26,031 nt of DNA, from positions 1 to 26,031 of the forward strand of contig NW_021835646.1 in assembly GCF_006345805.1 (NCBI RefSeq), given 5' to 3'. Of this stretch, positions 1 through 11,421 are shown in pieces. Origin of the DNA: Octopus sinensis. Lineage: Eukaryota. Position numbers and translations under genes: made by a program. Numbering within the stretch: position 1 is the stretch's first letter; every line of letters starts with the position of its first letter. The notes beneath the pieces are model-generated. The model did not search any database, was not told the DNA's origin, and saw only the letters and a program-made list of their open reading frames with translations.

Positions 1-10
1 TATATATATC

Positions 11-48
<38 letters not shown>

Positions 49-71
49 TATATATATATATATATATATTA

Positions 72-120
<49 letters not shown>
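1..120. repeat. (TA)n microsatellite
   Basis: Near-pure TA dinucleotide run. Confidence 0.97.
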
Positions 121-127
<7 letters not shown>

Positions 128-405
128 GGGAATAAATCCCAACTTACAGGGAAAAATCAGATTTAGGATTGAATCCAATTTTATAGTAAAATATTACATT
201 ATATTAAATTAGAGACAAAACCACTATTATGCAAATCAAACAAAGAAAGACTCAAGCCAATACATAAATTAATTTATATTATTTAGAAATGTAACAATTA
301 TTAAATAATTTCTAAATAATAAATAATTTTATGTATTGGCCTTAAGTCTTTCTTTGTTTGATTTGCATAATAGTGGTTTGTCTCTAATTTAATATAATAT
401 AATAT
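121..405. mobile_element. Fold-back element between TA runs; possible Penelope-like terminal remnant
   Basis: 191-290 (attatattaaattagagacaaaaccactattatgcaaatcaaacaaagaaagact...) is the near-exact reverse complement of 308-405. TA microsatellite lies on both sides. The family assignment is inference. Confidence 0.6.
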
Positions 406-892
406 ATATATATATATATACATACACAGACACACAGACACACACAGACACACACACAGATATATATATATATATATATATCTATATATGATAATATATA
501 TATATATAATATATATATATATACCTGTTTTAGTCTTTAATGTTACTGCCCGTTAAAAACCGTGCTAAGAATAAAATTGTGAGGGAATATATAGAAATAG
601 TGGAGGTGGAAATATCACTAGAAACTTTTGATACAAGTTTTTCACACTTTTATTTTTCCCACGGTTTCAAAATATCTTTTTACATTGAATTTTAGAATAT
701 ATATCAAATTATTTATAATCATTATTTTTCTGTATGACTAACACCCATGAGAAAAGTCAATTCATTTCATACGATTGAGACTAGATTTTACAAATCTATG
801 TTTTTTGTTTTCTCCCTACTTACCATTTATAATAAATTTCGACCTGCTAGAAATAGTAGGTGATCTCTCTCAAATTACATAGCCCTACCGTT

Positions 893-1095
893 ACATGTAT
901 GCATATAAGTATGCATGTATATATGTGTGTGTATGTATTGTGTGTGTATGTATATATGTATATATGTATGCATATGTGTGTGTATGTATGTACGTATGTA
1001 TTACGTATTTATGTATGAATGTATGTAAATATGTAAATATACACCCACACATGTATACATTTATATATGTATATATATGCATATGTATGTATGTA
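893..1095. repeat. Degenerate (TATG/TG/TA)n low-complexity tract
   Basis: Composition; it produces the YIHT/MYVC-type spurious ORFs. Confidence 0.9.
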
Positions 1096-1119
1096 ATTGT
1101 ATTTTTATTTTGTATTTGT

Positions 1120-1595
1120 TTTTAACTGTATTGTTTTTACGTCCTGTTTTTGTCACTTTTTTTTCCTTGTTTTTACCCCTCTGCAAAGGAATTTTATTGA
1201 ATTCTTTCGCAGGAAGGATTAGTTCGACGAGACGTGTTCTGTCCTCACTTTCGAAACACGCTGCAGTTGAACTAGGGACAGCTGATGAAGGAGGATTTTT
1301 CCTTGTGTAGTTGTCTTGTACTCTGTTTTTTCGTTGTTAAAAAAATGGTCCGTTCCATGCTGTTTTTACGTTTTCGTTTCTCGTTGAGTTCTACGTCTAT
1401 TTGTGGTGTCCTGTACACACGTATATATATTTATATATGCATGTATATATACATGTAGATGTAGGTACGTACATATATGTTTGTATGTATGCATATATTT
1501 TATTTATTACACTATTGTATGACTGAGCGCCTTCGCGTCGATTCGATTCGATTCGTTTGGTTTCGTTTCGTTTCTTCTTCTTCTCTAAGCTGGTT
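1120..1595 (+). mobile_element. T-rich interspersed repeat remnant in microsatellite context, carrying CTGATGA and GAAA hammerhead-like boxes
   Basis: Bounded by TA/TATG tracts. Contains gaaacacg (1253-1260), ctgatga (1282-1288) and a (TTCGA/TTCGT) pentamer run at ~1538-1574. Confidence 0.4.
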
Positions 1596-1875
<280 letters not shown>

Positions 1876-2417
1876 AGGGTCTTCTTAAAAAATGTATACA
1901 CACTTTAACACCTGTTAACTCAGTTCTCATTTCTTTTTAGAACCCATCAGAAACAAAGGAAGCCAGACTAAGCTTCGAACAAGTGAAATTTTTTTCGTAA
2001 AGCGCTGCAAGAAGTTTGAAAACGCAGTTTAGGAGGGAATTTCAAGCAGATTCCTCAGTACGACTTATCATCATCAGAATTAGAGATGAAACTGTTCAGA
2101 ATGTTTGCAAGAAGTGTTCTGGAAGACCGTGCACGCGGACGAGCACTACAAAACAAGACAGAACACTAGAAACGTAGTGCCAAAGTTCCAGAAAATCCGT
2201 TCAGCAGGTGTGTCACGAGATAAGAATTTCAAAATCAAAATCACACTTTGAAGTGCTGTATGAGGAAATGTTTCATTCCAAGAATGTTCCTCTCAATGAT
2301 GATCCTGACCGAAGAGTGGAATTTTGGAAATGGTACTTGGCAAAATGTGTGGAATATGTACACCTTCCAACAAAGATTATTTGCACCAATTGCACTTACT
2401 GGAAACCTGAGGATCCA
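1876..2417 (+). pseudogene. Decayed Tc1/mariner-superfamily transposon, left end plus N-terminal transposase (DUF4817/HTH type)
   Basis: TIR-like start agggtcttcttaaaaaatgtatacacactttaac. Manual translation across frameshifts and a stop gives FENAV/FRREFQ...IRIRD...KKCSGRP...SRKSVQQV...LNDDPDRRVEFWKWYL...NCTYWKPEDPH, typical of this transposase group. It ends at an (ACAT)n run, and the catalytic DDE domain is essentially absent. Confidence 0.8.
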
Positions 2418-2468
2418 CATACATACATACATACATACATACATACATACATACATACATACATACAT

Positions 2469-2505
<37 letters not shown>
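2418..2505. repeat. (ACAT)n-(GT)n microsatellite
   Basis: Direct reading. Confidence 0.95.
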
Positions 2506-2507
<2 letters not shown>

Positions 2508-2993
2508 TATTCTGTTTATTTTCTCTTATTCCTTTCTTATTCCTTAATGAAAATATAGTGGTTGCTCCTTCGCTATCGGGTATGACCACCCTTTGCACTA
2601 TAATTACAGGTGTAATGCCTCCCTATCCCGAGGTCTGTCGATGTGCTTGACATACAACAATATGGCAGCATCGAGATTCTACCTCCTAGAAACAGACGAC
2701 ATTTCTATGAAAGATCCAGCTACGCGGACGACCGGAGTTTTGCGACTGCTGCCGCATATACCACATGTATCATGTGCTTTAACGAGCGAGGGACCTAAAG
2801 AAACGGTAGTATTTTTCATTGACACAGATACAAATGGTAGCTCTTTCGTATTTTTTTTTTGAGATTCCAACAAGCCCGAATCTTGTGTCTGTGTATTTGT
2901 GTGTGTGTGTGGAGGAGTCACGTCAGATTTTGTATCAACAAAAGGTTGTACGACATGAGTGTAACTATAAATATCTGCAGATATTAATCTGCC

Positions 2994-3077
<84 letters not shown>
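2994..3077. repeat. (CA)n microsatellite
   Basis: Pure CA run. Confidence 0.97.
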
Positions 3078-3081
<4 letters not shown>

Positions 3082-3084
3082 TAC

Positions 3085-3215
3085 TCATTGTTTCCGATTA
3101 AAGAACAAGGCTAGCAATTTTGAGGGGTGGGGTTTAGTCATCGACTCCAGTACTTGACCTGCACATTATGTCATCGACACCGAAAGGAAGAAAGACAAAG
3201 ATAACCGCGCGCCTT
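3085..3215 (-). mobile_element. Degenerate SINE family A fragment
   Basis: catcgactccagtacttgac...tcgacaccgaaaggaagaaagacaaag matches the body of the 7305-7886 copies. Confidence 0.65.
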
Positions 3216-3583
3216 CACATATATAATACACGCTTAGATAATCAAATGAAAGCCGCCATTTTGGTTGCTTTAGTCACAGCGATTTGGACGACAGACTTTC
3301 AAGAGTGTACATTGTGTGTGCATACACGAGTGTGTATATACATGCGTTTGTGTAGGTGTGAATGTAACTATGTATGTATGCATATATGCATGTGTGCTTA
3401 TAAGTTTTCGTGCAAAAACGTGCAAAAGTTTACATATTATATATTTATATAAATTATATATACGTTCATGCATATATATGTATAGGTATGTATAATATAT
3501 ATTATACACACATAATACATACATGTGTAGATATATTTATAGACACATATATATGTGTTACATAAGCGCACACACACACACAC

Positions 3584-3634
<51 letters not shown>

Positions 3635-4018
3635 CACGTGTGTCCATGTATATGCATTTGTATGCATGCATATATGCGTGTGCTATGTTGTGTGTGTGTG
3701 TAAAAGAGAGAGAGAGAGATAGATAGGGAGAAAAGGATAGAAAAAAAGGGAGTGAGCGGGAGTGAAAGACAGACAGACGGCAAAGTCTCTAGATATTTAT
3801 CCTTTTCTTAAAACCCACCGAAACATATCCCCTTCTACTTCCATTTCCTTCCCAGCCGATCGTGCGGTTGCCGTCCTTATCTAAAGAGACTGTTTCATGT
3901 TCAGACAATGTTATGCTTTCGTGTTGTGCTGTCAGTTACCGTTTGAAGCTTTGTGTCTGCTAACAGAAATAACACAGACCTTACCCAGAGGAATCAACGA
4001 TTGAAGAAGCCTCTAAGG

Positions 4019-4200
4019 TAGTGGTTCTCAACCGCAACTTCCAGGGCCGCATGTAGCCCTCAAGCATCCTTCCGTCGAATCCCGACGGTCTGCTCTCTAT
4101 AAATATAATACATTTTTTCTTTTACATTTTTTGGTGCGGGTCCCCTAAAAAGATTTAGGTTTTGGATCTGGCACAGATATTAAAAAGGTTGGGAATGTTG
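4019..4200. mobile_element. Old hAT (Charlie-like) MITE
   Basis: Ends tagtggttctcaacc ... ggttgggaatgttg. Flanking 8-mers ctctaagg (4011-4018) and ctttcagg (4201-4208) form a degenerate TSD. Confidence 0.6.
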
Positions 4201-4204
4201 CTTT

Positions 4205-4395
4205 CAGGTGTTGGTCGACCATGCAAGAAATAGCAGCCAAATCTCAACTGTAATCAATCCTCCTACTCCGTTGTTCTAAATATGGAAACTGAAACTGCGG
4301 CTTGGGTTGTATAGTATTGTATTTCCTTATAACAGGTGGGAGTTGTCATGGCTAGAAGGTCTTCGATCTGGAGCCAAGCGACAACTAAAAGAATA
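4205..4395 (+). mobile_element. Ancient interspersed repeat (family D: gacc..agaaatagcagccaaatct ... gtcatggctggaat)
   Basis: The same motifs recur at ~835-890, 10020-10560 (minus), 15840-16150, 21520-21675 and 25990-26025 (minus). Confidence 0.55.
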
Positions 4396-4399
4396 AGCT

Positions 4400-4642
4400 G
4401 TAGTAGTAACACGAACAACAGCAACAACAATAACAACAGAAAGTACAACATCAACAATATATGCAACTACGACAATATCGCCAATAACAACAAAACAACA
4501 ACGGGAAGAACAACATTACAGCAATAACAACAACAACAACAACAGCAGCAAGTACAACTGAGGCAGCAGCAACAACAACAATAACAAAAATAAGAACAAT
4601 AACAATATTAACAACAACAACAACAACAAAGATAACAATAAG
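4400..4642. repeat. Degenerate (AAC/AAT/AGC)n trinucleotide tract
   Basis: Direct reading. Confidence 0.9.
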
Positions 4643-4990
4643 ACAGTCGGGGCAATAGGAATGATAGAAGCCTTGTGAAAGTTTGTGGGGGTGGGGGAAA
4701 TGTGGGGTGGGGTGGGGAATAAGGGGTTGGATTGGAGAACTGAGGGGAAGATTTAGGGTGGAAAAGAGAAAATAAGAGAGACTAAAAGAAAACCGGAAAT
4801 TGTTTGTGTATGAATTGTGGAGGAAATCTGGGAGAATAATTAGAATTGGAAAATAATGGGGAGAGATCGGGTGGGTATTGGGTGGATGGATGTGTATGTG
4901 GTTATATATATATATATATAGTGAGATGCGTGAGGAAAGGTAAGTATATAGGGTGAGAATAAGGGGTAGAAAGAGAGAAAGGAAGAATAG

Positions 4991-5009
4991 TATCTCTATC
5001 TATCAATCA

Positions 5010-5070
<61 letters not shown>

Positions 5071-5152
5071 CTGTCTGTCTGTCTGTCTATCTGTTTATCT
5101 GTCTGTTTATCTGTCTGTCTATTTATCTATCCATCCATCCATCCATCCATCC

Positions 5153-5212
<60 letters not shown>

Positions 5213-5229
5213 GTCTGTCTATCTATCTA

Positions 5230-5324
<95 letters not shown>

Positions 5325-5427
5325 GTTTGTCTATTCATTTATCTGACTATCCACCTGTCTGTCTGTCTTATATTCCAGAGAGAAGAGAGAGAGAGAGAGG
5401 GGGAGATATGTAGCAGGGGAGCTTGTG

Positions 5428-5478
<51 letters not shown>

Positions 5479-5495
5479 ACACACACACACATACA
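4991..5495. repeat. Compound (TATC)/(TGTC)/(CCAT)/(GA)/(CA) microsatellite
   Basis: Direct reading; it explains the 182-aa SIYL-repeat ORF. Confidence 0.95.
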
Positions 5496-5689
5496 ACATG
5501 AAATGAGATGTTTTTACACAAAGACATAACACACCCCCGCCCTGGAATCGCTCTTTCGACCGTGGGTGCAGCAGCATAACCACAGGGCCACGCGCTTTCA
5601 CACACACACACACACATCTATATGTATATATAGGGAGTGAGTGAGAGAGAAAGAGAGGGAGAAAGAAAGGAGGCCGTCATGTACGTCTG

Positions 5690-5926
5690 TGTATGTGTGT
5701 CATTATGTTTACGTTAGCCCTGCCACCCTCACATCCGGCGTTGGTTTGTTTACGTCCACGTAATTTAGCGGGTAGTAAAAAAAAACCGATGGAATAAGTA
5801 CCAGAGTTTTTAAAATATAAATACTGGGTGGGGGCGGGGGTGAGGGAGTTGTTCGACTAAAATCCCTGAAGGCGGTGCCCCAGCATGGCCGCAGTCCAAT
5901 GGCTGAAACATGTAAAAAGAATAAAA
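5690..5926 (+). mobile_element. SINE family B, 3' half
   Basis: gtttacgtccacgtaatttagcgg...gttcgactaaa...ggcggtgccccagcatggccgcagtccaatggctgaaaca matches 20160-20322. Confidence 0.85.
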
Positions 5927-6542
5927 GTTATATATATAAAAAAAAAAAGAAGAACCGATGGTGGAGGTCCACATTTTGATGGGGAAAATAAAGAATCATT
6001 CATTTTACAAATTCTAAGGTATGCAACTGAAATTTAATTACTGTTTTAAACCGAGGGATTAAACAGATTCCGTTTTTTGTCCTTTTATATTCAGAAAGGC
6101 TTTCAAAGTATTTTGTCAATGGTAAGTTTCTAAATTGAATGCGGACGAAATTCGCCCGTGGTGATGGGTTCTCCGCCCCTGACACGGAGCTCTCTCGTTA
6201 GTTTGATATTTATTGCTTCGCTCTTGAAACGGTAGTTTTCTTTTACTGTTGTTGTTGTTATTGTAACGAACACTGTCGACAGCTGGTGTTACCCAATCAC
6301 CTTTTACCTTTTATATTCTCTCCTAAAAAAGCAACCAAACTACTTAACCGAGAATGTAAAGCACGCTTAAATTGTGCCCTTAGCAAAACAACACTAAGCT
6401 TTCGTTTTCGTCTGTGAACAATTGCGGGCTTCCCCCGGTTAAATATTTAGGGCAACATATACACTTCTCTATACTAGTCAGAAAAGCAAGGAATACATTC
6501 AGTTAAATACACACACATACATCCATCCAGGTACCCCACCTT

Positions 6543-6624
<82 letters not shown>

Positions 6625-6769
6625 TAGTATGTATGTATGTATGTATGTATGTTGGTATGTGTATTATGCATAAGTAATATTTTGTATGTATATATATGTA
6701 CATGTATGTATGATCATGCATGTGGATAGTATGTATATTTGTATGTATGTTATATGTATATATATATAT

Positions 6770-6802
<33 letters not shown>

Positions 6803-6948
6803 GTAAATACTTAATACATGCGTGTTGACAAACTTAACTGACCTTTTTCATGTTTGTCTTCACAATATATATATATATATAATATATATATATATAATAT
6901 ACACATACACACGTATACACACACATATATACACCCATACACGCGCGC

Positions 6949-6987
<39 letters not shown>
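6543..6987. repeat. (TA)n/(TATG)n/(CA)n compound microsatellite
   Basis: Direct reading. Confidence 0.93.
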
Positions 6988-6988
<1 letters not shown>

Positions 6989-7304
6989 GATAAACACACG
7001 TACATATTATTTAAGGAGATTTAGAAAGTATCTTAATCCGTTGCTGCGTTCATTTAAGGGATTAAAGGTGTGTGAGACTTGTCAGGTATTTTCCCATTCA
7101 TAGACATCAGAATGTTGTCACGTCACATGATTTAAGATATTCCAGGGAGGCGGGTGGCGGTGGTGGTGGTGGTGGAAGTAGCTCGGGGCCAAATAGTAGA
7201 ATATTTCAGCTAAAATTATAGTATTAAAACAAAAAAAAAAAAGATAGAAAAACAGAAAATTAATAATCATCGTAGATGTTGTTCAGCTCTAGTTTATATA
7301 ATCC

Positions 7305-7886
7305 TTTTCATTATAGGCACAAGGACAGAATTTTTTTTTTTTGGGGGGGGGGATTAAGACGATTGCAACGACCCCAGTACTCAACTGGTACTTAATTTAT
7401 CGACCCTGAAAGGAGGAAAGGTAAAGTCACTCTCGGCGGAATTTGAACTCAGAACGTAGCGAAATACCTATTTCTTTACTACCCACAAGGGGCTAAACAT
7501 AGAGAGAACAAACAAGGACAGACATAGGTATTAAGTCGATTACATCGACCCCAGTGCGTAACTGGTACTTATTTAATCGATCCCGAAAGGCTGAAAGGCA
7601 AAGTCAACTTCGGCGGAATTTGAACTCAGAACGTTGCAGCAGACGAAATACCTATTTCTTTACTACCCACAAGGGGCTAAATACAGAGAAGACAAACAAG
7701 GGCAGACAAAGGGATTAAGTCGATTACATCGACCCCAGTGCGTAACTGGTACTTAATTTATCGACCCTGAAAGGATGAAAGGCAAAGTCGACCTCGGCGG
7801 AATTTGAACTCACAACGTAACGACAGACGAAATACCGCAAAGCATTTCGCCCGGCGTTCTAACGTTTCTGCCAGCTCGCCGCCTTA
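7305..7886 (-). mobile_element. tRNA-derived SINE family A, tandem trimer (184-bp period)
   Basis: Minus-strand head ggcggcgagctggcagaaacgttag with B-box-like gagttcaaattcc. The junction motif gaaatacc recurs at 7461, 7645 and 7829, and the body (cgaccc.gaaagg.tgaaaggcaaagtc..ctcggcggaatttgaactc) occurs three times. Confidence 0.9.
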
Positions 7887-7919
7887 GCTTCATTTTATAT
7901 AATAACTGCGGTATTAATT

Positions 7920-8118
7920 CTTTCTACCACAAATACAATCCCTGTGCCCAGCTGGTACTTATTTTATCGACCCCGAAAAAATGAAAGGCAAAGTTGACCT
8001 CGGTAAAGTTAAACTTAGACTGTAAGGAGTCGAAAGAAATGCCGCTAAGAACGTAAAGACGGACGAAACGCCGCTAAGTATTTCGTCCGGCGTGAGAACG
8101 TTTCTGCCAGCTCCTCGT
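7920..8118 (-). mobile_element. SINE family A copy
   Basis: ctggtacttattttatcgaccccgaaaaaatgaaaggcaaagttgacctcgg...cgtttctgccagctc. Confidence 0.85.
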
Positions 8119-8139
8119 CGTTCTCCTCCTCCTAATAAT

Positions 8140-8370
8140 ATTCCTTTCTGCTATCAGCACAAGGCCTGAAACTTTTTTTTTGGGGGGGGGGGGGGGTCAG
8201 TCGAATACTTTGACACCAGTTCTTAGCTTGCTCCTTATTATATCGACCACGAAAAGATATAAAGGTAAAGTCGACCGTTGCAGAATTTGAACTCGGGGCG
8301 TAAAGAGTCGCAAGAAAACCTGTGCCCAGCAATATTTACCAGCGTCCTAACGATTTTGCCAGAATCACCA
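8140..8370 (-). mobile_element. SINE family A copy (diverged)
   Basis: gcacaaggcctgaaac...tcgaccacgaaaagatataaaggtaaagtcgacc..gcagaatttgaactc...aacgattttgccag. Confidence 0.8.
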
Positions 8371-8522
8371 CTGTTGTCTGCGATATTAATTAAAGTAATT
8401 AAAGCAGTAATCTCTGAGTGAGTCTTTCATCTACCTCAGTAGTTCACAGCATTTTATAGCCCGGCGCCCCCATTCACCAAAAGTAGATTTTACAAATGAT
8501 CCCTTCATATGTTGACTAGGGT

Positions 8523-8523
<1 letters not shown>

Positions 8524-8557
<34 letters not shown>

Positions 8558-8622
8558 AGAAGAAGAAGAAGAAGAAGGTGAAGAAGAAGAAGAAGGTGAA
8601 GAAGAAGAAGAAGAAGACGAAG
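8524..8622. repeat. (GA)n-(GAA)n microsatellite
   Basis: Direct reading. Confidence 0.95.
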
Positions 8623-8859
8623 ATTGTTTTAAATAAACAGAAGTTAATTTTGCCAAGTGGTTTATTTGCGATATTTTCTTGTCCCTATCCCATCCAGGAT
8701 TTGCCCCTTTTCAGATATTTCTGACCGTTGGTCGTCATGCTTGCTCATTATGTTAAGTTTTATGGCAATTATTAATTTTGGCGCAAATTATGCCGGACTA
8801 TGGCAAGTCATCGGTCATGTCTCTGCTTTTCATTAACAACACAATGTCGTATTAATTGT

Positions 8860-9216
8860 TTTTATTTTTTACTTGCTTCAGTCATTAGAGTGCAGCCATG
8901 CTGGGGCATCCAATTGAAAATTTTTTAGTCGTACTTATAATATTTTGAAAATCCCAGTACTTATTCTATCGGTGTCTCTTGCCGAATTGCCAAGTTACGT
9001 CTACATAAATACACCAATACCAGTTGTCAAGCTGCGGGGTGGGGCGGGCACACACACACACAACGGGTTTCTTTCAGTTTCTGTCTACCAAATCTACTCA
9101 CAAGGCTTTGGTCGGCCCGGGGCTATAGTTGAAGACACTTACTCAAAGTGCCACGCAGTGGGATTGAACCCGAAGCCATGTGTTTGGGAAGCGAGCTTCT
9201 TACCACACAACCACGC
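8860..9216 (-). mobile_element. tRNA-derived SINE family B, near full length
   Basis: Reverse complement of the 19732-20322 element: acttgcttcagtcattagagtgcagccatgctggggca ... gtgccacgcagtgggattgaacccg...cttcttaccacacaaccac. Confidence 0.9.
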
Positions 9217-9771
9217 ATGTTCTAATTATGGTAAAGAGTTTTAAAAAAAATATATTTAAAAGAAAAGAAGTTTTACCTGGTTCGAATGTTTTATTTCTAT
9301 GAAAAATCACGTCCCCTTTAAACACACAGTGCTCCCTATAGTACCCCCTTGGCATTTACTGCTAGGTTTTGAGCCCACAATGTCCCTAGAAGGGACACTA
9401 GAACCCAAGTAAAGGACCCTTGATATAACTGTTGTGTACTGTATAAAGTGTTTATGTCTGACGGGAGAAAATGGCATTGGCCATCATCCTTTTCAGAACA
9501 TCCTCGAGATTGGTGGCAGGAAGAGAAGAAAGTATCCTCAAATTGGAAGCCAAGTAAGAATTCTTGCAAAAGAATGAACTCGGCTAAAAGCACTCAAGAG
9601 CTAGTTGAGGGTTTTAAGTGGGCAATGTATTAAATGCCCTCCAGCAACAGGAACTGGTCTCTTTTTTTTTTTTTTTACCTATAACGATGTGTTTGCATTA
9701 ATTATGATGCATAAATGGCTATTTTAAACGTAATCGTCTGTTTCGATTCTAAACATTCGTTAGGTCCGAAC

Positions 9772-10005
9772 TTATTTCGGTTTCCGTTGCGTACAAGGGA
9801 TTGAGATTTAAAGGTTCCTCCAGTGCACGAGATGACACTCCGTCGCACGGTCAATCCTCAGCTGCTGCTGGTTCTAATTCCACAATATATTGGCGTAGAT
9901 TGAAGTATCTTGATCAAGGATTAAACACACCACCTGCTCCGGGAATCGAAACCTCGACTTTATGATCTTGCACTTAACAACCCCACTGCTAGGTCACGCG
10001 CGTCA
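9772..10005 (-). mobile_element. Old tRNA-derived SINE (diverged)
   Basis: tgaagtatcttgatcaagga...ccgggaatcgaaacc (reverse B box ggtttcgattcccgg). A related fragment lies at ~15388-15545. Confidence 0.6.
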
Positions 10006-10262
10006 CATATCAGTGAGTTTGGGTTAAGTCTGCTCAAGTAGATCTATGGTGCAAGCTATTCCACTCATGACCAGCCTGTAGAGGCTGTTTTCTCATTTAG
10101 CCCTTGGTCAACCATGATCTAGTAGCTGCTTGATTAAAGGTATATCATCCATGACCATCACGAGAGGATCTCTTGTTTAGCCTTGGTCAAATCAGATCCA
10201 GCAGAACTATGATCAAAAGGAATTCCAGTCGTGACTATCACATCTTTTTGTGTATCGGGTAC

Positions 10263-10458
10263 CAGCAGCAATCACGTGGCCAGAATGTATGCCGCCCGAG
10301 GCGTGGGGCGGAGCTTGAGTTTTACGCATCCCATTGGTGTATAAGCTTATACAGGTTTATTTTATGACACAGCAAACCCAAACGTGCAGCCTCCATAGAA
10401 GCGTCCCCCGGGGCGGATGGCTCTCTCATTGCCCCCACCCACCCAAGCCATGCTACTG
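10263..10458. mobile_element. Possible old hAT/Tip100-like GC-rich MITE inside a family D repeat
   Basis: Ends cagcagca ... tgctactg (inverted, 7/8), with internal gccgcccgaggcg and cccccggggcgg motifs. No clear TSD. Confidence 0.4.
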
Positions 10459-11119
10459 ATTAGCATTATAGTATGTGTTTGTTCCTCTTTTCAAGGTTGT
10501 AGAAGTGTGATTTGAGGGAAGATTAGGTTGTTATGACGAACGACCACGTGATGGATCCATTGTTGGTTTATGCATTAAGAATAAAACCTGTTCTTTTTTA
10601 TTGCAGAGTAACACGAAAGAAAAAAAAAACAATAACACTAACAACAACAACAACAGCACTAGCGCTAAAATAACAAACCTATCAGATAAAACAATAAGGC
10701 TGAGGGAAAATACCTCAGCTGGTGGCGGACGGTTGGTAGGTGGAAGGGGGGGGGTTGACGTCGTATGGAGTAAAAATGCAGATGGAAAACAATGGCGGTC
10801 GACGATCAGGCGAAAAAGGTAGAGAGAGATGTGGAGCAGATGGCTGAAGGAAAGACTGCACAGTTAGACATGTGTTGCTGATATTGGTAGTAGAGGGAGA
10901 GAGGGAGGGAGAGAGGGAGGGAGAGAAAAAGAGAATGCAGGAGAAAGGGAGAGAGACAGGGAGTAAGGGGGGGAGCTATAAAAAGAACAACCGACAATGG
11001 GTCTCTAAAAATATCCAGTTTGACAAATATTAACTTATTCAAGACAGGACTATTTTCCATATTTTAAAACAGAAGGCAAACGAGTGCAAATTTATAAATA
11101 GAATCATCAAATGATAGTT

Positions 11120-11131
11120 ATAATAATAATA

Positions 11132-11162
<31 letters not shown>

Positions 11163-11352
11163 CCTTTCTAATTTAGGCACCATGCCTGAAATATGAAGGG
11201 AGAGGATTAGTTGATTACAGTGTTTCACTGGTACTTATTTTTATTAACCCCGAAATGATGAAAGCAAAGTCGACCTCGGCGGAATTTGAACTTAGAACGC
11301 CAGACGATCGAAATGCCGCTAAGCACTTTTCCTTACGTGCTAACGATTCTGC
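11120..11352 (-). mobile_element. SINE family A copy with (AAT)n tail
   Basis: (AAT)n, then atcctttcta..taggcac...gcaaagtcgacctcggcggaatttgaacttagaacg...aacgattctgc. Confidence 0.85.
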
Positions 11353-11421
11353 TTAGGCAGAAGGATAAGGATTTTGAGGGAACTGACGTCACCAACCTCA
11401 GAACTGGTGCTTTATTTTATC

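Noticed and set aside
2593-2862. 89-aa ORF downstream of the transposase relic
   Set aside because: It has a non-ATG start and no transposase or other recognisable motif, so it is not a continuation of the Tc1/mariner ORF.
7305-7886. Regularly spaced repeats that could be mistaken for a CRISPR array
   Set aside because: Whole 184-bp units are repeated with no unique spacers. They are SINE copies in eukaryotic DNA, and no cas genes are present.
9336-9633. Overlapping 85-aa and 61-aa ORFs in non-microsatellite sequence
   Set aside because: No recognisable motif; short ORFs on both strands are expected by chance, and this may be an unidentified repeat.
10975-10986. TATAAAAAG TATA-box match after a purine-rich tract
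   Set aside because: An isolated motif in AT-rich DNA, with only SINE and microsatellite sequence downstream.
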